A DNA stretch of 64,000 bases from Deltaproteobacteria bacterium CG11_big_fil_rev_8_21_14_0_20_47_16 (GTDB taxonomy: Bacteria; UBA10199; GCA-002796325; 1-14-0-20-47-16), in the NCBI GenBank assembly GCA_002796325.1, contig PCXA01000007.1, positions 145,780-209,779 on the forward strand, read 5' to 3'. The notes below the pieces were generated by a model that did no database searches, had not been told where the DNA came from, and was given only the letters and a program-made list of their open reading frames with translations. Both the position numbers and the translations under genes were made by a program. Positions 1 to 8,972 of this stretch are shown one piece after another (position 1 is the first letter of the stretch; every line of letters starts with the position of its first letter).

Positions 1-1004
1 ATTGTGGCGCGTGTTTCATCATCGCTGACCACACAACCTGAAATCATAGTGGCCATCTTGGTCGCATCTTGATCAAATAAATGGCTTAAGCGTTCAAAGT
101 TACTGGGGTTACCCACGTCCATTGCGTTGGAAATGGTGTGGTGTGTCGCGTGTGGTGTGAATGTTCCTGATTGCAAATAGCGGGGAAGTGCGTCGTTGGC
201 ATTGCTGGCGGCGACAAAATGCGCAATTGGTGCACCCATACGCTGGGCGATGACTCCGGCAGTTAAGTTGCCAATATTTCCCGTGGGCACAACGATGACA
301 CAGTTAGGGTGTTGAAGAGCTGCAAACCAATAATAGAATGTCTGTGGAATCAGTCGCCCAATGTTGATGGAGTTGGCAGAGGTAAGGTGCCAACCCTGCG
401 GCGCCGGTTGTGTAAGTCGCGCCTTCACTAATCGTTGGCAGTCATCAAATATCCCAGCAACAGAAACGGCCTGCACATTGCCACCCCAAGTGGCAATCTG
501 CTGTTCTTGCACACGACTGATGCGTCCCTGCGGATAGAGAATAATCGTCCGGATTCGTTTTCGGCCATGACATGCTGCAGCCACCGCGCTCCCTGTATCA
601 CCAGAGGTCGCTGTCAATACCAGCGCTTGTTCATTGTCGCGCTCCAAGAGGGTATCAAGGATGCGCATCAAGAATTGTGCAGCAACGTCTTTGAAGCTTA
701 GGCTTGGCCCATGAAAAAGTTCGCAGCAGGATTGGTTGTTGCCCAAGTCCTGTAGTGGGATGTCGAATGTGTAAGCGTCGTGTGTAATCTTTTTTAGAAG
801 AGTCGCATCTAAATTGTCTTGAAACCAAATAGCAGCCAATTGTTCTGCAAGCTGCGCAAACGAAAGTCCCTTCCAGTGTTGCCATGTGGATTTTGCGATA
901 GCTGGAATTTGTTCTGGTAAGTACAATCCGCCATCAGGTGCCAGCCCCTGAAGTAGGGCGGTCTTTAAATCGCTCACTGCACCACGCGTGCTGATGTATT
1001 TCAT
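1..1004 (-). CDS. thrC: Threonine synthase, 3' end outside window (C-terminus missing)
   Basis: Manual reverse translation from ATG at 1004..1002 gives MKYISTRGAVSDLKTALLQGLAPDGGLYLPEQIP..., with FKD, TSGDTGSAVA and SNAMDVGNPSNFERL motifs; open frame continues to position 1. Not in ORF track because no stop in window. Start overlaps thrB stop (ATGA). Confidence 0.85.
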   Translation of the reverse strand, partial: MKYISTRGAVSDLKTALLQGLAPDGGLYLPEQIPAIAKSTWQHWKGLSFAQLAEQLAAIWFQDNLDATLLKKITHDAYTFDIPLQDLGNNQSCCELFHGPSLSFKDVAAQFLMRILDTLLERDNEQALVLTATSGDTGSAVAAACHGRKRIRTIILYPQGRISRVQEQQIATWGGNVQAVSVAGIFDDCQRLVKARLTQPAPQGWHLTSANSINIGRLIPQTFYYWFAALQHPNCVIVVPTGNIGNLTAGVIAQRMGAPIAHFVAASNANDALPRYLQSGTFTPHATHHTISNAMDVGNPSNFERLSHLFDQDATKMATMISGCVVSDDETRAT

Positions 1005-1930
1005 ATGATACGGGCTCCCGGGTTGTGGAGTGTGCCTATCCAGGTGTCGGCCTTTAACCCAGCTTCAGAAAAGGCGCGCACCATTGCGATGGATATTTTT
1101 TCGATCTGGGTCTTTTCATTGCAGAGCGCCAGAACAGACGGACCTGAACCGGAAATGGTGCAGCCCAACGCGCCGGCGTTGAGGGCGGCAAGCTTAACTG
1201 TGTTGTATCCAGGAATAAGTTGCGCACGTACTGGTTCTATAATTTTGTCTTCGAGTGCGCGCCCAACATGGTGCGTATCCCCCGCAGCGAGTGCCGCAAT
1301 CAGCATTGCAACATTCGCCCATTGCTGTGTGGCGTCTTTTAAAGAAACCGTTGCTGGCAAGATGCGGCGCGCATCAGCGGTGCTGACCATGTAATGAGGA
1401 TGCACGACAATATAATGTAATGATGCTGGTGTATGAACATGAATCCAGTCAGCAGGGTCATGTTGACGAATCACCACAAATCCACCTAACAAGCACGGCG
1501 CTACGTTGTCTGCATGGCGTGCACCACTGACAACAGCCTCGCCGTCGAGAGCGCTCTGTAACAGCGCTTCTGTTTTAAGTGGTGATCCCAACAGTGCATT
1601 GACTGCAACGACAGCGGCAACTGCGCTGGCAGCCGAGCTCCCCAGTCCTGAACCGAGCGGAATCCCGGTGTTGCTATGGAGTGACACGCTAGCAGTAGAT
1701 TGAAGTTGTGCCAAAAGTGACAACGCCGCAGCGCCCGCCGTATTCTTCAATGGATCTGTTGGAATCTTGGAGTCATCACAGGATACGGTGACTTTGCTGC
1801 CGGTGGTTGTCGTGAGCGTGGCAGTAACGGACACACATGGTTCAGCGAGTGCGAAGCCCAAGGTGTCAAATCCAGGTCCCACATTGGCAACGGTCGCAGG
1901 TGCAATGGCAGTGATTGATTTTGTCATCAT
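1001..1930 (-). CDS. thrB: Homoserine kinase (GHMP kinase)
   Basis: ANVGPGFD and PLGSGLGSSAA motifs; start overlaps thrA stop. Confidence 0.9.
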   Translation of the reverse strand: MMTKSITAIAPATVANVGPGFDTLGFALAEPCVSVTATLTTTTGSKVTVSCDDSKIPTDPLKNTAGAAALSLLAQLQSTASVSLHSNTGIPLGSGLGSSAASAVAAVVAVNALLGSPLKTEALLQSALDGEAVVSGARHADNVAPCLLGGFVVIRQHDPADWIHVHTPASLHYIVVHPHYMVSTADARRILPATVSLKDATQQWANVAMLIAALAAGDTHHVGRALEDKIIEPVRAQLIPGYNTVKLAALNAGALGCTISGSGPSVLALCNEKTQIEKISIAMVRAFSEAGLKADTWIGTLHNPGARII

Positions 1931-4389
1931 TAACTCGTGAGTAAATTGGCCACTTTCAAAATATCCGCAAACACACCACCCGCAGTGACTTCCGGTCCGG
2001 CACCAGGGCCGCGCACAATGAGCGGATTTTTAAGGTAGCGTTTCGTGGTGAAGATGACCATGTTGTCGCCGCCCACCAAATTGCCAAATGGGGAATTCCT
2101 TTCAACGGCACGCAATTCAATCGCACATTTTCCATCCTTGATACGGCCAATATAGCGTAGCACCTTACCGGAATTTTTGGCAGCTGCCATTTTTTTGGCA
2201 TACAATGTGTCAACCTGTGGCAACTCTTTGAAAAATTCCGCTACCGATTTGGCTTTCCATAACGCTGCGGGCAGGAGTGGTTCGATTTTCACTTTTGATA
2301 GTTCCACGTGAGCACCGCACAAACGCGCGAGTATCACGAGTTTTCGGGCGACATCCATTCCGGACAAGTCGTCACGTGGATCCGGTTCGGTATAACGCAT
2401 CTCGTGTGCTTTTTTGACAATCGCACTAAAGGATTTTTCCTTTTCCAATTCGCTAAACAGATATCCCAATGTGCCCGAAAGTAGTCCTTCAATATGAATA
2501 ATGTCATCGCCACTGTTCAATAAATCTTGCAACGTGGAGATGATGGGCAGTCCGGCGCCCACGCAGGCCTCACAATAATAGTATGAGTTGCGTTTGCGTA
2601 CAGCCGTTTGGAGTTCGTTGTAAAATTTTTGCGACAAGGTGTTGGCCTTTTTATTGGGGGTGACCACGCTAAATCCTTTGCCCAGCCATGTCGGAAATTG
2701 CTGTGCCACCATTTCATTGGCGGTGGCGTCAACGATGATCAAGTTTTCAAGATGGCTTTCTTCAAGCATTGTGGTGAAGTGGTCCAATGTCATTTTGCTA
2801 CGGCAGGCATTGAGTTGTTGTTCCCAGGTCTTGAGCGAAATGCCATCCGTATTGAATAAAAAGTGACGGCTATTGGCAATGCCCACCACCCGTAAATCCA
2901 AGTCGTTGTCGCGGTTGAGTCGTGTCTGTCCATCGCGAATTTGATTGATCAACGCTTTGCCGATGGCGCCCTTACCAATAATAGCCACATGAACATGGCG
3001 TTTGGCCAAGTGAAACGCGCCATGAATGACGTTGAGTGCCTTGATGTGATCAGTGCTGGGCACCACAAACGAAATATTTTGTTCGGATGATCCCTGTGCC
3101 ACCGCAATCACATTAATATGATTGTTACCTAGTGAACTAAAAAGACGTCCCGCAATGCCTGGTGTACCGCGCATGGCAGAGCCCACCACAGCAATGACTG
3201 TAATGTCATCGAGTGTAGCGATACGCCGAATCTGTTTACGTCGGCATTCGGATTCAAATTCATTTTTCAAAACGGCAACCGCGCGCGCGGCATCGCTTTG
3301 TTTGACCACACAACAGATACTTTGTTCGCTAGATGCCTGCGAAATCAGTGTGACGTTGATGCCCGCGCGTGCGAGTGTATCAAAAAGCCGGGCAGAAATT
3401 CCAACCACACCCACCATGCCTGCGCCTTCCAACGTGAGTAGGCTCATGTCTGGAATCGATGTGATTCCTTTGATAATTGGACCACCTAAGTCAGGTTTAT
3501 GGGTAATGATGGTGCCGGGAAATTTTATATTGAGTATGTTGCGCATGACGAGCGGGATGCCCGCTTCAACCGCCGGAATGACCGCGCGTGGATGCAAGAC
3601 CTTGGCGCCAAAGTAGGCAAGTTCCATGGCTTCAGCAAAACTCAGTTGTGTGAGTGGAAATGCATCTTTGACCACGCGGGGATCGGCGCTCAACACGCCA
3701 TCCACATCACTCCAGATTTCAATTTTGTTGGCGTCCAGAAGTGCACCCACGAGTGCAGCGGTGTAGTCTGACCCGTTGCGGCCCACTGTGGTAGGGATGC
3801 CATCTACGGTTGCGGCAATGAATCCGGTAATCACGGGAACTTTCTTCTTCCATTGTGAGGCGGCTGTTTTGGTCAGCTTGCGTGATATAGCCATATCCAC
3901 ATTGGCTGCGCCAAAATTGCTGTCAGTAACAATGAATTGGCGTGCGTCGGCAGCGAGTGCAGGAATCTTTTTGCTCGCGAGCATCGCGGCAATAATTTGT
4001 GAAGAAAGTAGCTCACCAAATCCAATGACACGATCTTGTGTGCGCGGACTGCACTCTTGTAAATGCGCAATACCGTCGCATAGCTCTGTGAGTTCTGAAA
4101 AGAGGTCGTGTATAGCGGCAAGTGCTATTTTTTGCTGAAATTTAGGTACCAGCGCATCCAGTGTGTGCTGATGCAATTGTATCAGGCTTTGTAATTCTTT
4201 GTGCCAGATCTTGCCATTTGAGGATTTGGCAGCGTCAATGAGTGTAAGCAAGCGGTTTGTGACTCCGTAAAGTGCAGAAACCACCACCACAACTGGGCCA
4301 TTCTGATGGGCGGCTCTCACAACATCGGCCACGCGTTTGCAATTCTCAGCATTTTTAAGGGTGCTACCCCCAAATTTCATAATGTGCAT
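1930..4389 (-). CDS. thrA: Bifunctional aspartate kinase / homoserine dehydrogenase
   Basis: 819 aa; N-terminal MKFGGSTL aspartokinase signature and C-terminal homoserine dehydrogenase region. Confidence 0.9.
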   Translation of the reverse strand: MHIMKFGGSTLKNAENCKRVADVVRAAHQNGPVVVVVSALYGVTNRLLTLIDAAKSSNGKIWHKELQSLIQLHQHTLDALVPKFQQKIALAAIHDLFSELTELCDGIAHLQECSPRTQDRVIGFGELLSSQIIAAMLASKKIPALAADARQFIVTDSNFGAANVDMAISRKLTKTAASQWKKKVPVITGFIAATVDGIPTTVGRNGSDYTAALVGALLDANKIEIWSDVDGVLSADPRVVKDAFPLTQLSFAEAMELAYFGAKVLHPRAVIPAVEAGIPLVMRNILNIKFPGTIITHKPDLGGPIIKGITSIPDMSLLTLEGAGMVGVVGISARLFDTLARAGINVTLISQASSEQSICCVVKQSDAARAVAVLKNEFESECRRKQIRRIATLDDITVIAVVGSAMRGTPGIAGRLFSSLGNNHINVIAVAQGSSEQNISFVVPSTDHIKALNVIHGAFHLAKRHVHVAIIGKGAIGKALINQIRDGQTRLNRDNDLDLRVVGIANSRHFLFNTDGISLKTWEQQLNACRSKMTLDHFTTMLEESHLENLIIVDATANEMVAQQFPTWLGKGFSVVTPNKKANTLSQKFYNELQTAVRKRNSYYYCEACVGAGLPIISTLQDLLNSGDDIIHIEGLLSGTLGYLFSELEKEKSFSAIVKKAHEMRYTEPDPRDDLSGMDVARKLVILARLCGAHVELSKVKIEPLLPAALWKAKSVAEFFKELPQVDTLYAKKMAAAKNSGKVLRYIGRIKDGKCAIELRAVERNSPFGNLVGGDNMVIFTTKRYLKNPLIVRGPGAGPEVTAGGVFADILKVANLLTS

Positions 4390-4411
4390 AGCGCGGCCTT
4401 TTGACAGAAAT

Positions 4412-4963
4412 TTACTTGGAATTCGAGGATAAAAAACTAATCAGTGTTTGCCCGTATTTGCGCTCATCGGTCAACTCATAACCTTCAGGTGGCGTTAAGA
4501 CTTCTTTAGGAAAGTGTTCACAGATGATTTTGCCTTCTGGTGCCAGTAAACTTGCATCCACAATTTGTCGAATCGATGGATTGACCAAGTTCTTATTATA
4601 AGGGGGGTCGACAAAGATCAGGTCAAATTGTGCTGATTCCCGACCGAGTTTGGCTATTCCAGTGGCAGCTGCGTAGGGAATGAGCGTCGTTTGGGCCTCA
4701 AATTTGCAAATTGCAATGTTTTTACGAATCAACTCAATGGCTTCACGGCCAGAATCAATAAATGTGGCATGTGAAGCACCCCGCGAAAGCGCCTCCAGAC
4801 CGATGTTGCCTGTCCCTGCAAAGCAGTCCAGCACACGCAAGCCTTCAACATTCCATAGAATATTGAAGATCGCTTCCTTCACTTTGTCGAGTGCAGGGCG
4901 GATGCCTTCTCCCTTAGGTGTGGCAAGTCGTAAGCTCTTTCGAGTACCGGCAATGATACGCAT
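4412..4963 (-). CDS. rsmD: 16S rRNA (guanine966-N2)-methyltransferase RsmD
   Basis: 183 aa; FAGTGNIGLEALSRGA SAM motif and DPPY motif. Confidence 0.85.
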   Translation of the reverse strand: MRIIAGTRKSLRLATPKGEGIRPALDKVKEAIFNILWNVEGLRVLDCFAGTGNIGLEALSRGASHATFIDSGREAIELIRKNIAICKFEAQTTLIPYAAATGIAKLGRESAQFDLIFVDPPYNKNLVNPSIRQIVDASLLAPEGKIICEHFPKEVLTPPEGYELTDERKYGQTLISFLSSNSK

Positions 4964-4989
4964 AATGCGTCATTTACGCGTTTTGCGCG

Positions 4990-5017
4990 TGACAACAAGA
5001 AAATGTTTGCGTAAAAT
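4990..5017 (+). promoter_or_regulatory. Candidate sigma70-type promoter (TGACAA-N16-TAAAAT) for the BON lipoprotein gene
   Basis: Hexamers read directly in the rsmD / lipoprotein divergent intergenic region; GGAGG RBS at 5031..5035 precedes ATG 5040. Confidence 0.3.
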
Positions 5018-5039
5018 GCCCAAAAAATTCGGAGGATTC

Positions 5040-5855
5040 ATGAAAAAAATTATCGTCAAACTCACACTCATCACTCTTGTTGTAACACTTGCAGCTTGTT
5101 CTTCAACACCTGTGCGACGTTCTGCCAAGGAAACATGGACTGACACCATGACGGCTTCCAAAGTGCGCTACAAACTGATGAAGGATAAAGAGGTACACAA
5201 AGGTCGCATGCATGTTGAAGTTTATCGAGGTGAGGTAACTCTGACGGGACGCGCTGCAACTGAAGCTGAGAAGGCCCGGGCGGAAACACTGGCCAAATCT
5301 GTCAAACATGTGACCGGTGTTGAAAATTATGTCCATATCGTGGGTACTGGCAAGCCAGATTCCGCCGTTGCAGTTGCTGCGCCAATTACTCCAGTTGTAA
5401 CAGATACCATTACGGAAAAGGTGCTCGTTAAAGAAGAGGTTGTGGTCTCCGATAATGCTATTGCAGCCGTTCCAACGGTTCGAGAATCCACTGGTAAGCC
5501 TGCACGTTTGATCCCAGGTCGTAAGGCAAGTGAGCCCAAAAAGGTGGCCAGTCGTACCAAGGCACCTGCTAAAATCGGCGAAGATGACAAACCTGCGGCT
5601 ATTCGCAAAGTGCCAGCTGAACCGGCTCAGGTGGTGGGGCGGTCATCAACCGGTCTGCCTTGGGATGGTGAGGTTTACGAGGATGATACCTCCAGTGTGA
5701 CACCAGTAGCGGCCTCAAAGGCCCCTGCTGAGGCAATTGCCACCCGGACGCCAGCCAAGTCTAAAGTCGATAATAAGGCCCCAGTTAGTCAGCCGACGGA
5801 TGATTTGGCCGCGGAAGCCGCTCAGGAGCTCGAAAAACTCCGTTCCAAACGCTAA
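5040..5855 (+). CDS. BON-domain (OsmY-like) lipoprotein with Ala/Pro/Lys-rich tail
   Basis: MKKIIVKLTLITLVVTLAACSS lipobox signal; ORF track start 4680 is an antisense extension into rsmD. Confidence 0.65.
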   Translation: MKKIIVKLTLITLVVTLAACSSTPVRRSAKETWTDTMTASKVRYKLMKDKEVHKGRMHVEVYRGEVTLTGRAATEAEKARAETLAKSVKHVTGVENYVHIVGTGKPDSAVAVAAPITPVVTDTITEKVLVKEEVVVSDNAIAAVPTVRESTGKPARLIPGRKASEPKKVASRTKAPAKIGEDDKPAAIRKVPAEPAQVVGRSSTGLPWDGEVYEDDTSSVTPVAASKAPAEAIATRTPAKSKVDNKAPVSQPTDDLAAEAAQELEKLRSKR

Positions 5856-5917
5856 AAATCCTTGCCCAGTCAGCATTTGCGCGATAGTAAGCCCCCTCCT
5901 ATATGAAAGGGGTTTTT

Positions 5918-6838
5918 ATGAAGCGTTTGATGTTAGTTTTCACAATTCTACTGACTACTCTTCCTGCTTGGGCCGCACCGCAGGCTACCCCCGTCCCAAC
6001 TACAGAGGTTGTCGCAGCTCCTCAAGAAGATCCCTCAGTTTCTGCTGAAGAAGCACGATTTGAAGCCAAGGCTAAAGCGGCTCAAGAGAAGGCTGCACGC
6101 AAAGCTGCAAAAAAAGAAGCGAAGGCCGATAAATTGGCGCAAGATCGTGGTATCTTTTACACCAATGGACGCATGGATTTTGTGAAGTTAGACACCATGA
6201 AGTCCAAATTGGTGAAAGCGCGTAACCCCCAGCACCCTGCTCAAATTAGCGTAGAGCAAATGAAGTTGTATCTGTCTTCTATTATAGTTTCCGAAAACAA
6301 TCTTCTTAAGAAGGCACCTGAAATTGAACGCGTCTATAATGATAGCGCAGTTGATTTTCTGGCTCCTATTATTGTGAAGGCGTTTAACAACGCCAAACCA
6401 GATGAAGCGGTTACAGTCTCATGGTTGACCAAGGATCCTTATTTTGTGATTCGCAATGATCGCATTGCCATTAGCACCATGTGGGTCCAAAACGGTCAAT
6501 TGTATGTTCAGTTCAATAAGCTTCTTGCAAAGTTGGTCGGGGATACAGACAAGAAGGACAATATTAACTTCGTCGTTGGTAATGCCAAGAGCCTGCACAT
6601 TAAATTGGTATCCAACGGTTCTGTTGTGGTGACCAATAAACACAAACACGAAGTGGCTATTAATATGGCAGGTGATTTTTCAAATGTGCAAACACCTGAC
6701 ACAGCAACGGCTCAGACAAGTACTTCCAAATCTACTGTTAAGCAGCGTTTGATGGACTTGGATCAGCTGCGCAAAGATAAAATGATTACAGAGCCAGAAT
6801 ACCTGTCTAAACGGAAAAAGATTTTAGATAACTTGTAA
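5918..6838 (+). CDS. Secreted protein with C-terminal SHOCT-like motif
   Basis: Signal peptide MKRLMLVFTILLTTLPAWA; C-terminal LRKDKMITEPEYLSKRKKIL; AAAGGGG RBS before ATG 5918. Confidence 0.55.
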   Translation: MKRLMLVFTILLTTLPAWAAPQATPVPTTEVVAAPQEDPSVSAEEARFEAKAKAAQEKAARKAAKKEAKADKLAQDRGIFYTNGRMDFVKLDTMKSKLVKARNPQHPAQISVEQMKLYLSSIIVSENNLLKKAPEIERVYNDSAVDFLAPIIVKAFNNAKPDEAVTVSWLTKDPYFVIRNDRIAISTMWVQNGQLYVQFNKLLAKLVGDTDKKDNINFVVGNAKSLHIKLVSNGSVVVTNKHKHEVAINMAGDFSNVQTPDTATAQTSTSKSTVKQRLMDLDQLRKDKMITEPEYLSKRKKILDNL

Positions 6839-6883
6839 TTCATCCGCGTAGGCGTTGGGGGACGCTTGAGCAAAGGAGTTGTT

Positions 6884-7369
6884 ATGAAACAAATATACCC
6901 CCTAGGACTAATCATTGTTGCGGTTGTTGCAACAGCATGTACGCGGTATTCCTATCCATCATCGTCGGCGATGCCGGCACTATCTGCTCAAGCCAATTTG
7001 TCATCATCGACATCGCCAAATTCTCTTAAGTCTTCATCTTCTGCCAAAATTGTAGATGTTGCGTGTGTGGGCAGCGACTATCAATTACGAGTGTCGTATC
7101 AGCAAGATTTTGACAAAGTGATTCAGCAGGACTTGCAGTATCAGGTTTTTCCGGAATCAAGTGAAGAGATTAGGCAGGTAACCCATCCTACGGGAACTGT
7201 TCCTATTGAGACTGTTGCTCCTAAAGGCGAGGTTACATTTGTAATCCCCGCAACCAAATTCCAAGAATCGCAGTCTGATATTGTGTTGCGATTGCGCATC
7301 AAGAGTCAGCAGATTATCGAAGCCACGTCCCCATACGACATTATTCACGTGAGCCACGGCTGCAACTAA
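6884..7369 (+). CDS. Small Ser-rich lipoprotein, hypothetical
   Basis: MKQIYPLGLIIVAVVATAC lipobox; AAAGGAG RBS upstream of ATG 6884. Confidence 0.5.
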   Translation: MKQIYPLGLIIVAVVATACTRYSYPSSSAMPALSAQANLSSSTSPNSLKSSSSAKIVDVACVGSDYQLRVSYQQDFDKVIQQDLQYQVFPESSEEIRQVTHPTGTVPIETVAPKGEVTFVIPATKFQESQSDIVLRLRIKSQQIIEATSPYDIIHVSHGCN

Positions 7370-7378
7370 TCCCTGTTT

Positions 7379-8503
7379 TTATACCACCAGTTTTTTAGGG
7401 AAACTGCCGATGATTTTGCATCCTGTTTTGGTGACCACCACGACGTCTTCAATGCGTACGCCGCCAATTCCCGGATAATAAAGCCCAGGTTCTACTGTTA
7501 CCACATTGCCAGGTTTGAGCACCCATGATGCTGAGCTAATGCGGACGGGGTCTTCATGGAGTGCGAGTCCCAACCCATGTCCAGTGCCGTGGAAGAATCC
7601 AACCAGACGTCCCTTTTCAGGGCGGGTGGTAAAGCCCAATGAATTGAAAAATTCCTGAATGGCAGTATGAATGGTTTGTCCATTAACACCCGGGCGAATC
7701 ATGCGTAGCGCCATTTCCTGCGCTTCACGTACGGCCAAATAAATAAGCTGAAGATCCCGGGATGGTTTGCCTTTACAGAAGGTGCGAGTGGCATCACCAA
7801 AGAACCGTGTCTCCGCATTTTGTGGAAAAATATCGACGATAACGGATTGGTGGGGGCGAACAGGGCCATGTCCTGCATTGTGGGGTTCGGTGCTATCGTC
7901 GCCGCAGGCAATAATAATTCCAGTGGGGCAGTCATAACCTTGTTGCACTAAAAAGGTCTTTGCAGCGGCATGTAAAAATTCGGACGTTAGGACCTTGCCT
8001 TTGTAATATAGCTTACTCCCCGAAATGCGGCTGGCCTTGAGAATAGAGGCCACATGGCCAATGGCCTGGAATGTGACTTTTTGGGCCGCGGCAATTTTTT
8101 GCAACTCTGTGGGCGTTTTGGTCAGGCGCTTGGGGCAAAAGGGATGAGTGCCCAAATTGACTTTGATGCCACTCTTGCGTAGTTGATCCACCAAAATGGC
8201 CGGCATATAGGGGTGGACCTCAACCGTTTTGATGCGAAAATCATTTAAAAGGGCCCGAATCATGTCGGATTCACCTAACCGGCGATTCAACGATTTCATC
8301 TTGCGGAAAAAGTCACTATAGGGAAATATGCGCCGCACTCGGGCCTTCCGCTTCATTTCATCGATTTCGGTGTTAGGGACTACGGCACAGGGTTTGCCCT
8401 GGGCTTCCAGGTAAATGATGGGATCGGCCGAGGTGGCCCCCAAGGCATAAGCAAGGTCGGGGTTTTCAGCAGGAACACCATAGATCAGTCGGTTTTTGGT
8501 CAT
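7379..8503 (-). CDS. M24-family metallopeptidase (Xaa-Pro aminopeptidase / prolidase-like)
   Basis: Pita-bread fold motifs VVDIFP, HGTGHGLGLALHE, GVRIEDVVVVT; start uncertain (8503 or 8563). Confidence 0.75.
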   Translation of the reverse strand: MTKNRLIYGVPAENPDLAYALGATSADPIIYLEAQGKPCAVVPNTEIDEMKRKARVRRIFPYSDFFRKMKSLNRRLGESDMIRALLNDFRIKTVEVHPYMPAILVDQLRKSGIKVNLGTHPFCPKRLTKTPTELQKIAAAQKVTFQAIGHVASILKASRISGSKLYYKGKVLTSEFLHAAAKTFLVQQGYDCPTGIIIACGDDSTEPHNAGHGPVRPHQSVIVDIFPQNAETRFFGDATRTFCKGKPSRDLQLIYLAVREAQEMALRMIRPGVNGQTIHTAIQEFFNSLGFTTRPEKGRLVGFFHGTGHGLGLALHEDPVRISSASWVLKPGNVVTVEPGLYYPGIGGVRIEDVVVVTKTGCKIIGSFPKKLVV

Positions 8504-8528
8504 GGCCTGATCAAAATAGGAGTTGCGT

Positions 8529-8972
8529 ATGAAGTCAATAGTCGTTCGTTGGATTTTAGGCATTTTTATGATGATGGGCGTATGTTTTTTGCCCAGCTGT
8601 CAGCAGCACCATGCATCCAACTATCATTTTAAAAAAACCCACGTTGAAGAACAATCGCATTATACGGCAGAAGGTGTGGCGTCGTGGTATGGACCGGGAT
8701 TTCAGGGACGTAAAACAGCAAGCGGTAAGCGTTTCAACACACACAACCTCACAGCTGCTCATCGCACGCTACCATTTGGAACCAAGGTGCTAGTTACCAA
8801 TCTTGAAAATGACAAAACCGTTGAAGTAGAGATTAATGATCGCGGTCCAGTCAAAAGGACCAAGCGCCTTATCGACTTGTCTCATGCGGCCGCAAAAAAG
8901 CTGGGATTTGCCTCCGCCGGAATTACAAAGGTGCGTGTGGAAGTGATTGAGAAAGATAAAATCGATGGCTGA
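8529..8972 (+). CDS. rlpA: Septal ring lytic transglycosylase RlpA-family lipoprotein
   Basis: Lipobox LPSC; double-psi beta-barrel motif ASWYGPGFQGRKTASG...VEINDRGP; AGGAG RBS. Confidence 0.8.
   Translation: MKSIVVRWILGIFMMMGVCFLPSCQQHHASNYHFKKTHVEEQSHYTAEGVASWYGPGFQGRKTASGKRFNTHNLTAAHRTLPFGTKVLVTNLENDKTVEVEINDRGPVKRTKRLIDLSHAAAKKLGFASAGITKVRVEVIEKDKIDG

Noticed and set aside
3122-4138. Several 80-165-aa ORFs on the plus strand inside thrA
   Set aside because: Shadow ORFs antisense to a confidently identified gene; low-complexity translations, no RBS.
4680-5855. 391-aa ORF in the track starting inside rsmD on the opposite strand
   Set aside because: The 5' part is antisense to rsmD and has no RBS; the real gene is the lipoprotein starting at ATG 5040, which has a GGAGG RBS and a lipobox signal.
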